A stretch of DNA of 22,248 nucleotides. It comes from Promethearchaeota archaeon (lineage in GTDB: Archaea; Asgardarchaeota; Thorarchaeia; Thorarchaeales; Thorarchaeaceae). Location: positions 1-22,248 of the forward strand of contig WJMJ01000171.1 in NCBI GenBank assembly GCA_014728035.1, in the 5' to 3' direction. Below, one piece after another: positions 1 to 8,231 of this stretch. Every line of letters starts with the position of its first letter. Position 1 is the first letter of the stretch. The translations under genes were made by a program, and so were the position numbers. The notes below the pieces were generated by a model that was given only the letters and a program-made list of their open reading frames with translations, searched no databases and had not been told where the DNA came from.

Positions 1-2
1 AA

Positions 3-473
3 TCATATATAGTCAGAATATCGAACCTTTTCTGGGTTTCCTGGCTCATACATCTCACGAAGATTCAAAGTTCCGAAGACACTCATCAATATCCACAAGG
101 GGGATAATTCTGTCAGATTAGGAAGTTGCGGGATAAGAAGAGGACCAGCAAACTGTGAGATCCAATAGCTATTGATAGCTAAAAACGCGAACCAGAATCC
201 TGCATGAATCACATTGAAGTATGTAGCTTTGCGTTGAAAATTACCTTTGAGAGTATCAAGAACAGTCATAGAGTTGAACCCATGCCAGACTAGAATTATC
301 ACCATGAACGTTGTCAAGAGAGGATATCCACCTAGCCATAATAATCCATAAGAGACTGCAATAGCACCACATAGAAGAATCCAACTGACCATCGGATTGA
401 AGTTTCTTCGAACATCCTCCGTATCATCACGAGAGGTTGAGCTGGTTTCATTAGGATCATTTTCTTTATTCAA
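3..473 (-). CDS. small multi-pass membrane protein, uncharacterised (2TM-like; paralog of 2790..3272)
   Basis: 156-aa ORF with several hydrophobic segments; aligns by eye to the 2790..3272 product (FNP..., GYP.L.T, LAIN.(F/Y)WI.Q, V.G.(F)G). Confidence 0.75.
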   Translation of the reverse strand: MNKENDPNETSSTSRDDTEDVRRNFNPMVSWILLCGAIAVSYGLLWLGGYPLLTTFMVIILVWHGFNSMTVLDTLKGNFQRKATYFNVIHAGFWFAFLAINSYWISQFAGPLLIPQLPNLTELSPLWILMSVFGTLNLREMYEPGNPEKVRYSDYI

Positions 474-549
474 TTGTGAAGCACTCGATTTGATTCGTTC
501 AGTCTCTTATAATTCAGAAGGTTTTTGCAAAATAAATCCCTGGACGATT

Positions 550-1587
550 TCATAATTTTACAAGTTTGAATCTAATGTAGAAAACGACTAAAATCAATAA
601 GGCAAATGTAGCAACCACTCCCAGTGTCGTTAAAACTCGAGTATTGAAATCTGGCGCTTCCCATGTTTCCAAAGAGATGAAGATCTCATTTGTATTGGGA
701 GTTGTTGGAAGTGAGATAACGTTGGGAAATCGATCGTAAACTAATCCAGGTCCATTGATAATATATACCCCTTCTCCAGAATAATCTTCCCACCAATTGC
801 CTTTTCTATCACCATCGTCCCAGTCATTCTCCAATCCCCCATCGTATGCACTAGCAACTCCAGCTGAATATATGAAATTACCAATGATAAAATTGTACGA
901 GCTGCCTTCAATCAATATGATACTGTACAAGTCTGCACCTTGAATAATGTTAGACATCACTGAGGAGTAATTTGTTCCGTAAAAAGCTATACCAGATGCT
1001 GTACAGCCGCTAATTGAGCAATTAGTAATCTGCGAAAAAGTACATTTAGTGAGAGCAATGGCATCATCTGGAACATTTTCTAAGGAGCAGTTAGAAAGTA
1101 TAACAGAATTGGAATTGGATGCATAGATACGAGATGTCTGACAATCAATCGCATCCGCATAACATAGCTGATATCTGTCAATGAAAAGTGCTGTCCCATC
1201 GCAAGAAAAGTCACAATCAATAATCATACAATTGGACCCGTTATAGAGGTTGATTGCTCGACCTGACGGATTAGAAAAGGAAAATACACAATCAGTAATC
1301 AATACATAAGAATTCACATGACAAATGGAAATACAGGAATCATTTGAGAGACTCTCAAAAAGCAGACCTTGGATTAGATATGGATCCTCAAGTGATCCGG
1401 ACCCAGCAATACCAAGTGTCGAGAAGTCATCCTCCGAGTCGATGATAATTGGACTACTTGCGGTTTGAGCAGAAACATGATACGTTTTGTCTGTATATTG
1501 GATATCAGTCAAACTTCCAAATTGTAAAAAAGACGCAAATAGAACAAACATCAACAAAGCAGTTGAGAAATAGTGTCTGCGCTTCAT
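550..1587 (-). CDS. secreted, C-terminally membrane-anchored right-handed beta-helix (NosD/pectate-lyase-like repeat) protein
   Basis: N-terminal signal peptide (RRHYFSTALLMFVLFASF), repeated short strand-turn motifs rich in N/S/C/G, 'KGNWWEDYSG' motif typical of archaeal NosD-like proteins, C-terminal TM helix. AGGAGG Shine-Dalgarno about 7 nt upstream of the ATG at 1587 (the track's start at 1590 is a TTG). Confidence 0.8.
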   Translation of the reverse strand: MKRRHYFSTALLMFVLFASFLQFGSLTDIQYTDKTYHVSAQTASSPIIIDSEDDFSTLGIAGSGSLEDPYLIQGLLFESLSNDSCISICHVNSYVLITDCVFSFSNPSGRAINLYNGSNCMIIDCDFSCDGTALFIDRYQLCYADAIDCQTSRIYASNSNSVILSNCSLENVPDDAIALTKCTFSQITNCSISGCTASGIAFYGTNYSSVMSNIIQGADLYSIILIEGSSYNFIIGNFIYSAGVASAYDGGLENDWDDGDRKGNWWEDYSGEGVYIINGPGLVYDRFPNVISLPTTPNTNEIFISLETWEAPDFNTRVLTTLGVVATFALLILVVFYIRFKLVKL

Positions 1588-1919
1588 CAATAATCCTCCT
1601 GAGAATAAGATCGGTATTCTGAATCTTCCGTATCCATTTGGTCCGAGTCCATAGATTCCGTTTCTTCATCTTGGTCAGTTTCTTTATCAGGATTAAATCC
1701 AAACTTGACGATGTTCTTGAGTGTGCGCCAACCTTGTTGAACGAGGAATAGTAATCCAAGAAGAGTAAATCCAAAAAGAATTATACTCAGATCATACCAC
1801 CAAAGAACATATCCTCTAATAATTGAATTCGCAATGAGAAAAGTTCCTACAAAGACAATTAATATGATTAAGATTCCTGAGATGATTCTCCATAGTCTTC
1901 CTCCCCAAATAATCAGCAT
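1587..1919 (-). CDS. small two/three-TM membrane protein with acidic C-terminal tail, uncharacterised
   Basis: 110-aa ORF; stop codon overlaps the ATG of the downstream beta-helix gene (TGATG), suggesting coupling. Confidence 0.65.
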   Translation of the reverse strand: MLIIWGGRLWRIISGILIILIVFVGTFLIANSIIRGYVLWWYDLSIILFGFTLLGLLFLVQQGWRTLKNIVKFGFNPDKETDQDEETESMDSDQMDTEDSEYRSYSQEDY

Positions 1920-1950
1920 TAGTTTTTCCTCTTGCGATGCATTTGAAGTA

Positions 1951-1988
1951 TCACCTTAAATTCATTTTGTATTAAATTTTTAAGGTGA
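1951..1988. promoter_or_regulatory. perfect 10-bp inverted repeat TCACCTTAAA-N18-TTTAAGGTGA in the divergent intergenic region
   Basis: TCACCTTAAA at 1951-1960 and TTTAAGGTGA at 1979-1988; each arm lies about 31-33 nt from the start codon of a divergent gene. Confidence 0.55.
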
Positions 1989-2021
1989 AAAAGCTTTGAG
2001 TCTGATGGCAGATGAGATACT

Positions 2022-2702
2022 ATGAAGTGGTCAAAGTTAGCTGGAGGTTGTGTTCTTCTTATCATGATAATATCAATTCCAGCACCAGTTTCTGCAGGGA
2101 GTTCATCGACCAGTTTTGCATGGCAAAATGGATTAATCATTCACACCCATTCAGAGAATCATGACTTTTGGGTTCCGGGAGCAAATACTGAAGCGTATTT
2201 GATACTCACGCTAATGTCTAAAGGAGCGACCGTGAAGTTCTATGATTTGACTGTGTTCATAAAACTCATTACAGAAACTAATGTGACTGGTCAAATCACA
2301 ATCAATGATCCTTGGAAATATCCAGGTGACACAATTAGAGTCAAAGGATCTTTCAATCTCACTCCTGAGATGATTAACAACGCGGGATGGGAGACATATC
2401 GGTCTTCGTATATATATTGGATAGAGTCCAATGTCAGGCTTTCAAATGGTGATAATGTCACACTCTCATCATTTGAAGTAGAATCAACCACTTTGACTAT
2501 GTCCACAATCACTATTCTTGCTTTCTGGCCTTTTCCACCAATCATTTTGATGTTCGGAGTATACTGGTTAGGTGCATATGGATTAACTCGATTCAATGAA
2601 AGGTATCTGGAATTAGAAGCAGCAGAAAGAGAAGCTGCTAAAAAGAAGAAAGATGACGATAAGGCAACAAAAACTACAGATGACAAAAGTTCTGATGCTT
2701 AA
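2022..2702 (+). CDS. exported protein with extracellular beta-rich domain, one C-terminal TM and a charged cytoplasmic tail
   Basis: 226-aa ORF; signal peptide MKWSKLAGGCVLLIMIISIPAPVSAG; TM near FWPFPPIILMFGVYWLGAYG; Lys/Asp-rich tail. Confidence 0.75.
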   Translation: MKWSKLAGGCVLLIMIISIPAPVSAGSSSTSFAWQNGLIIHTHSENHDFWVPGANTEAYLILTLMSKGATVKFYDLTVFIKLITETNVTGQITINDPWKYPGDTIRVKGSFNLTPEMINNAGWETYRSSYIYWIESNVRLSNGDNVTLSSFEVESTTLTMSTITILAFWPFPPIILMFGVYWLGAYGLTRFNERYLELEAAEREAAKKKKDDDKATKTTDDKSSDA

Positions 2703-2789
2703 TAAAGTCTAATTGGTTGGCATATTCAAAATTCATAACATTGCACCAAAATAACGGTATCCATATTTATGATATCAACGGAGAAGAAT

Positions 2790-3272
2790 CTACATCAATG
2801 ATTCTTCCCTGACAACATCGGGTCTAAACATTCTGATTATATTTCCATTTCCGAAAACACCCATCACAACAAATAACGGGCACAATAAGGTTAGATTCTC
2901 AATTTGTGGAAAGATGAGAATCTGGTTGTATTGATTTATCCAGAAACCATTGATTGCAAGAATGATAAATGCTACAGTGGATTGAACCAAATTGAAAATA
3001 GCACCTCTCCTAGCTAGCGGATAAGAATAACGTTTTAGAATTTGAAAAGTTTCCTGTCCAAGACTAACAAGAAAGAATAGAATTATGGTAATTAATGCTG
3101 GATACCCGAAGATATAGAACGACCCATAACCTACCACAATCATTGCTATCATTTTCATGTATGTAGATAGAGGATTGAAATATCGCTTCTCAGGAACTTC
3201 TACAGCATCCAAGTGGCGTCTATGGTCTTCATCTGGATTCTCATCCCGTTCATCATCCATCATGGGAATCAT
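2790..3272 (-). CDS. small multi-pass membrane protein, paralog of 3..473
   Basis: 160-aa ORF; hydrophobic segments; residue-level similarity to the 3..473 product. Confidence 0.75.
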   Translation of the reverse strand: MIPMMDDERDENPDEDHRRHLDAVEVPEKRYFNPLSTYMKMIAMIVVGYGSFYIFGYPALITIILFFLVSLGQETFQILKRYSYPLARRGAIFNLVQSTVAFIILAINGFWINQYNQILIFPQIENLTLLCPLFVVMGVFGNGNIIRMFRPDVVREESLM

Positions 3273-3413
3273 GTGCAGTAAATGATTTTTTGTTAATAAT
3301 GTAGTTCATTTCAGCAAGAGAACAAGTCTAAATCCGCGGAGTCGGTCATGTGAATGTTTAAAACGTATTAAATTAACATACGGCACAGTACTCGATTTAC
3401 GGGTGTAAATAGC

Positions 3414-4295
3414 ATGGCAGATGCAATTGAGTGGACCAACGCTGGCAGTGACCAAATAGTATGGCGATACCCTGACAATAGAATCAAATGGGGAAGTCAA
3501 CTAATTGTTCTAGAGAACCAGGCTGCAATATTCTACAGAGATGGAAAAGCATTAGATACTTTTCTTGCAGGTCGTCATAAACTGACTACCAGCAGCATGC
3601 CTAGTTTGGTCGGCTGGCTACAGAAGAAGATAAAGGGCGATGTCTTCCAGGCCACATGTATATTCCTATCCAGAGGACAATTCCAAGGTAAATTCGGTGG
3701 GAGAGGACAAACAAGTGATCTCGCACCACTGATGTTCCACGGTAACTTCTGGTTCAGGGTAAAAGAGCCCAAGATCTTTACCAACGAAGTCGTAGGTAAT
3801 CAGAACGCATTCTCTACCAAGAAAGTCAATGATTTCCTTCGTGCATTCATGAATGAAAGAATCATCGACGAATTTGCACATTACGACTTACAAGCAGTGT
3901 TCACACGCCTTGATGAGACCTCACTAAAGGTTAAGACCAAAGTGAGAATGAACTTTGAGAGGATTGGACTCGAACTCGTTGATATCAAATTTGAAGGTAT
4001 TGACACAACCGAAAAGTACAGAGAACGACTCTTCTGGCTTAGAACTGGCGGTGTTGGTGGAAGCCAACTAGCTGGAATGGAGACCATGAGAGGTGCAGCA
4101 GAATCTCTTGGTAAGAGTCCTGGTGCAGGCTTCGGAGCCGGAGCAGCCATGATGGGCGCCATGGGCGGCATGATGGGTGGCGGCGACAGTAGTGGAGGCG
4201 GTTCAGCCCCTGCAGGAGCCAAATTCTGTCCAAATTGTGGTAGCAAGCTTAACGGTGCCAAGTTCTGTCCGAACTGTGGTACAAAGATCGGATAA
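3414..4295 (+). CDS. SPFH-domain / virion-core-like (YdjI-type) protein with Gly/Met-rich linker and C-terminal zinc ribbon
   Basis: 293-aa ORF; 'IEWTNAGSDQIVWRYPDNRIKWGSQLIVLENQAAIFYRDGK' is characteristic of this family; C-terminus GAKFCPNCGSKLNGAKFCPNCGTKIG. Confidence 0.85.
   Translation: MADAIEWTNAGSDQIVWRYPDNRIKWGSQLIVLENQAAIFYRDGKALDTFLAGRHKLTTSSMPSLVGWLQKKIKGDVFQATCIFLSRGQFQGKFGGRGQTSDLAPLMFHGNFWFRVKEPKIFTNEVVGNQNAFSTKKVNDFLRAFMNERIIDEFAHYDLQAVFTRLDETSLKVKTKVRMNFERIGLELVDIKFEGIDTTEKYRERLFWLRTGGVGGSQLAGMETMRGAAESLGKSPGAGFGAGAAMMGAMGGMMGGGDSSGGGSAPAGAKFCPNCGSKLNGAKFCPNCGTKIG
4215..4292 (+). repeat. tandem duplication of a 39-nt unit encoding GAKFCPNCGxK
   Basis: GGAGCCAAATTCTGTCCAAATTGTGGTAGC... 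followed by GGTGCCAAGTTCTGTCCGAACTGTGGTACA...; each copy supplies one CPNC knuckle. Confidence 0.7.
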
Positions 4296-4303
4296 TCCAA
4301 CAA

Positions 4304-4339
4304 GGAGGACTTTTTGTCCTCCCAAGGTTTTCTTTTTTT
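4304..4339 (+). terminator. intrinsic-terminator-like hairpin plus T-rich tract
   Basis: GGAGGAC(4304-4310)-TTTTT-GTCCTCC(4316-4322), then GGTTTTCTTTTTTTA; directly downstream of the SPFH-like CDS. Confidence 0.6.
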
Positions 4340-4436
4340 ATAGTCTAAAATGAATAATAGAGGTTTGCTGACGTATCCAACTATATGACTTTATTGACCG
4401 AAAGGAAGATTAGACTGGCATGAGAGTACACAAATA

Positions 4437-6872
4437 ATGCCAGATCTTCAAAACAGCACCTTATTGAAATATATGAATGAAAATTCAGAAGAATTTGAGA
4501 TAACAACGAAATCTGGAGTTTTGAGCATAAAATACATACAGATATGGAGGATAATCCTCATTGAGGATTACGAGGGATGTATCTTATCACTATTAAGAAA
4601 TCTGAGGAGAAAGTTTCTTTTTGATTATCTCATCTATGTAGAGAAGACGCTAACAATTTTTGAAAACTTTGGTATGTTCAATGTGATTGAAAACGTTGAA
4701 CCTGAATCTATTGAAACAATACATCACATTCATTCTCTATGTTCGACGACGAAAGAAGAAAAAGTAATTGATTCGATTTGGCGAACAATAAAAGTACTCG
4801 TAAACACAGAAGGAAACACTTCGATCAGTACCTTACTTGAAATCGCACAAGAATTATTCAATATGATTTTGAAACACACCATATTAGAACAAGAAGAAGT
4901 AATTCCAGATTGGCTAAGAAAAGAACTCAAGCAAAAAACAAGGATAAAGAGAACACCTTCACAGAAAGTGGATATTGATTATTTGCATTCAATAGTCAAG
5001 AATACCACAGAGATTGAATATGGACCCAGAATTCTTGAATTGCTTCATGAACTTGTGATTATTCCTCTGATTACTTTTGAAAGAAGAGAGAGTAAAAATT
5101 TTGAAAACCTTGACTCACGGCTACTAAGAAGAAAAACAGGCGCTTTTTATACACCTCAGGAAATAGCTCATAGATTAGCAAGTGAAACACTATTTGCTTG
5201 GTTCAATTCACAGACTTCTATTGACATTTACAACTATGAAGAAGTACAAAACCTCTCACCCAACGAAAAGAGAAAAGCAATAGAAAAGCTAAAAGAAATC
5301 CGAATTATCGATCCTGCAGTGGGAGCAGGAGTCTTTCTTATCGCTGCTGGAGAATGGTTGTTCAATACAAGGATTATACTAAACGACCAAACAGCAGAGG
5401 ACCAAATCCGTTTAGAAATAGCTACAGAAAACTTGTTTGGAGTAGATATCCAAAACGAATCAGTTGAAATCACTCGCAAGCGTATTTGGTTATGGATTCA
5501 GAAAGTAGACTGCATAACTCCTGAAGAGTTGCAATCTCAAATTAAATGTGGTAATAGTCTCATTGGTGAGATACGCCAAGAAGCAAAAACCAATGGAACC
5601 GGATTCCATTGGTGGAAACAATACGACTCGATTATCCAACAACACCAGGGTTTCGATATAGTACTCGGAAATCCACCATATGGGAATATCATTGGTGATG
5701 AGAAGAAGAAGGAAATTCTAAGCTACCAAATATATGATGTAAGCACAGGAAGAAAGGGCAGCTGGAATGCAGCTTCACTATTTATTGTGCGCTCTACAGA
5801 GCTTCTTAGAAAAAACGGTTATCTGGGACTCCTTCTTCCAAATAGCATTCTAAGAGTCAATCAATTCACAAAGACCCGTAATTTTATTCTAAAATTTTTA
5901 AAACCACACATGATAATCGATGAAGCAAGTCCAATCAAAGATGTAACCTTGGAGATGTTTAGCCTAATTGCAATGAAATCAGAATGTACGAAAGAAACAG
6001 TGGAGATAGTGTCAAAACGGCCAAATATGGAATACATTCATGAGATCCCATTCGCTTCTTTGAAGATAACTGGCATCTTCACCATATATTATGATACACT
6101 TTTGGATAAAGTCCTAGATAAAGGTAAGACTGGAGTTCTCAGTGCCACACGAGGAACGGATATACCAAAGGAATCCACAAGCAAAAAACGGGACAGAAAA
6201 TTTGAAATTCCATATATAACATCTGGTAGAAGTGTGAAAAGGTATCGAATAATTAAGAAACATTTGAAGTACTCAAACGATACATTTCGATGCAAGCCAG
6301 CTCTGATTCACTCGTATAATAATGACCTATTAGTTGCTACCAAGAATTATCCATACCCCAGATGTACCATGAAAGAAAAGGGGATAATCCATGGAGGGGG
6401 AATCGTCAGAATTAAAATGAATGAAAAATTCGACCCTAGAGTCATTGGACTGATTTTGAATTCACGATTAATACAATACATATGCATACGATACTTTACT
6501 AACTACTCTCAACTTACTACCTGTTTGAATACAGGTATTATGGAAAACATCCCAATTGCATATCCAGAGAATCCAGACATATTCAGACTAGTATTCCTTC
6601 AACTTGAAGAAATATATAACAATGGAGAAGAATACCAAGATGAACTATACGGTGTGGAAACTTTAGCGAATGCTCTCGTGTACGAATTATATCTAATGAC
6701 AAACTCATTACTATTAGACTTCTTAGGAAAGATCAAGAATGAATTAATGGAGTCAGATAGAAAAACAAGAATCAAAATATTGGATAGAGCTAGCAACCAT
6801 CCGAGAGTACAAGAAGTCTACGCGAACCCATTGGTGAAAAGAATTGAACAGGCTTCTCGAAGGGATTACTAA
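4437..6872 (+). CDS. Eco57I/TaqI-type (class I N6-adenine) DNA methyltransferase with C-terminal specificity-like domain; no obvious nuclease domain
   Basis: 811-aa ORF; motif X 'TGAFYTPQEIAHRLA', motif I 'IIDPAVGAGVFLIAA', 'FGVDIQNESVEITRKRIWLW', motif IV 'FDIVLGNPPYGNIIG'; TaqI-like C-terminal region. Confidence 0.9.
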   Translation: MPDLQNSTLLKYMNENSEEFEITTKSGVLSIKYIQIWRIILIEDYEGCILSLLRNLRRKFLFDYLIYVEKTLTIFENFGMFNVIENVEPESIETIHHIHSLCSTTKEEKVIDSIWRTIKVLVNTEGNTSISTLLEIAQELFNMILKHTILEQEEVIPDWLRKELKQKTRIKRTPSQKVDIDYLHSIVKNTTEIEYGPRILELLHELVIIPLITFERRESKNFENLDSRLLRRKTGAFYTPQEIAHRLASETLFAWFNSQTSIDIYNYEEVQNLSPNEKRKAIEKLKEIRIIDPAVGAGVFLIAAGEWLFNTRIILNDQTAEDQIRLEIATENLFGVDIQNESVEITRKRIWLWIQKVDCITPEELQSQIKCGNSLIGEIRQEAKTNGTGFHWWKQYDSIIQQHQGFDIVLGNPPYGNIIGDEKKKEILSYQIYDVSTGRKGSWNAASLFIVRSTELLRKNGYLGLLLPNSILRVNQFTKTRNFILKFLKPHMIIDEASPIKDVTLEMFSLIAMKSECTKETVEIVSKRPNMEYIHEIPFASLKITGIFTIYYDTLLDKVLDKGKTGVLSATRGTDIPKESTSKKRDRKFEIPYITSGRSVKRYRIIKKHLKYSNDTFRCKPALIHSYNNDLLVATKNYPYPRCTMKEKGIIHGGGIVRIKMNEKFDPRVIGLILNSRLIQYICIRYFTNYSQLTTCLNTGIMENIPIAYPENPDIFRLVFLQLEEIYNNGEEYQDELYGVETLANALVYELYLMTNSLLLDFLGKIKNELMESDRKTRIKILDRASNHPRVQEVYANPLVKRIEQASRRDY

Positions 6873-6928
6873 TCTTTCGTCGATACTGAGGCTTATATAC
6901 TTCTTAGAGTAGAATCACGTGATTGAAA

Positions 6929-7528
6929 ATGGAAGAACATGACGATAGCCAATCTGAAGAATCAGAAGAAATGGCAACTGAAATCATTGATTCAGTTCTT
7001 GATGATTCGGAGGAAGAAGATGGTCTCTCTTCTAAGGAAAGAACTGCTGAAGCAGCACGACAAGCAGAAAGAATAGCCAGAGCTAAGCAGTTACGAAAGA
7101 AGCTACGCCGTCGCGAACTAGGTGTTCTACGATTCAGATGGCCCGCTGCGATTATGATCATTTCAGGGATAATTTCGATTTGGTCTGAATTCTTAGTTGT
7201 GTTCGATCAACAGAATCCATTCTATCAATTCAACACATTCTTTGAAGCATTCCAACTACAACCGAATATATTCTGGGTATTCCCCATTATTGCGGGTGTA
7301 GGATATATCATCTTAGGAATCATTGCATATTTCGATTCACGTGCACCATGGCTAGGATTGATACCAGCAATGCTGATAGTTATGTCTGGTGGCTTCATGT
7401 ACATGATGGTTTCCTTTGCCTATGCTGCAGATGACAATGCTGCGATTAGTGCAACTGGTATACCAATGACCATGATGCTAATGGGACTGATGGGATTAGT
7501 ATCAATATTCATGCGAGAAAAAGAATAG
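6929..7528 (+). CDS. membrane protein with acidic/coiled N-terminus and about four TM segments, uncharacterised
   Basis: ORF track start 6923 is a TTG; ATG at 6929 preferred. Acidic N-terminus then hydrophobic segments. Confidence 0.7.
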   Translation: MEEHDDSQSEESEEMATEIIDSVLDDSEEEDGLSSKERTAEAARQAERIARAKQLRKKLRRRELGVLRFRWPAAIMIISGIISIWSEFLVVFDQQNPFYQFNTFFEAFQLQPNIFWVFPIIAGVGYIILGIIAYFDSRAPWLGLIPAMLIVMSGGFMYMMVSFAYAADDNAAISATGIPMTMMLMGLMGLVSIFMREKE

Positions 7529-7545
7529 AGAGGTAAGATTCCACC

Positions 7546-8115
7546 TCAATCGCTGAGGAATTCATCAAGATTTCCTTCAGCCTCCAATTCCTCCATCCAG
7601 TCAATTCTGAGGGGAATGACTTCAGCGTCAAGAATCGAGAGTATCTCTTCCACAGTTTCAGGAGCCTTCATGTCAGTGGTATCAATCTCATACACAATAT
7701 TTGGATCAAATACTTCAATTGCGTCCATCTGGCAGACTCCAATAACCTCGGCTTCTACATTCTCTCTAATTTTAGCTTCGGGATAATCCCGCGATGCTAA
7801 ACGGACCCGCAAATTAGCTGGATGAGCTCGAAGAATGATGACCAACTCAACAGATGAGCTTGGCACCAAATCAATATAATGCCCCTCGATGATGACTCTA
7901 CCTTTCTTATTTTCAACAAGATCAATTAACGCTTCAACTAGACAGTCTTCATCAATGATTCCAGTTTGGCGATGCTTGTCTTCAGCTGAAATACACCCAG
8001 ATGCATCAGCTAATTCGCTCATAGAGACAACATCACAGCCCAGCCGAGAACCTAGTATTTTCGCAATAGAAGTCTTACCAGTACCAGGAGTACCGCCTAT
8101 GAGAATTACAGTCAT
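7546..8115 (-). CDS. putative adenylate kinase, AK6/Fap7-like P-loop NTPase
   Basis: N-terminal 'MTVILIGGTPGTGKTSIAKILGSRLG' Walker A, 'GRVIIEGHY' and 'RLASRDYPEAKIRENVEAE' typical of archaeal AK6/Fap7. Confidence 0.85.
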   Translation of the reverse strand: MTVILIGGTPGTGKTSIAKILGSRLGCDVVSMSELADASGCISAEDKHRQTGIIDEDCLVEALIDLVENKKGRVIIEGHYIDLVPSSSVELVIILRAHPANLRVRLASRDYPEAKIRENVEAEVIGVCQMDAIEVFDPNIVYEIDTTDMKAPETVEEILSILDAEVIPLRIDWMEELEAEGNLDEFLSD

Positions 8116-8146
8116 ATATGATTTTTAACGTAGGGGATAAATAAGG

Positions 8147-8170
8147 GAATTGGAAGGGAATTACCAATTC
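8147..8170. promoter_or_regulatory. 7-bp inverted repeat GAATTGG-N10-CCAATTC in divergent intergenic region
   Basis: GAATTGG 8147-8153 and CCAATTC 8164-8170 between the divergent AK6-like and HhH genes. Confidence 0.3.
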
Positions 8171-8231
8171 ACCTTATAAGACTGGGATTCTAGTACAATA
8201 ACGGAATATAATACTGTCCGGTGCTGATGAA

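Noticed and set aside
1919-2140. 73-aa minus-strand ORF
   Set aside because: It spans the divergent intergenic region and overlaps the strongly supported 226-aa signal-peptide gene; composition is not protein-like for this genome.
2291-2686. 131-aa minus-strand ORF opposite the 226-aa CDS
   Set aside because: Shadow ORF antisense to a gene with a clear signal peptide and TM.
4215-4292. possible CRISPR-like or mobile repeat
   Set aside because: Only two copies, in-frame, encoding a zinc knuckle; it is an internal protein duplication.
3881-4303. 140-aa Pro/Leu-rich minus-strand ORF
   Set aside because: Antisense reading of the Gly/Met-rich linker and zinc-ribbon region of the SPFH-like gene.
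4437-8115. possible defence island around the methyltransferase
   Set aside because: Neighbours (SPFH-like protein, small membrane protein, AK6-like kinase) show no recognisable nuclease, helicase or other defence component.
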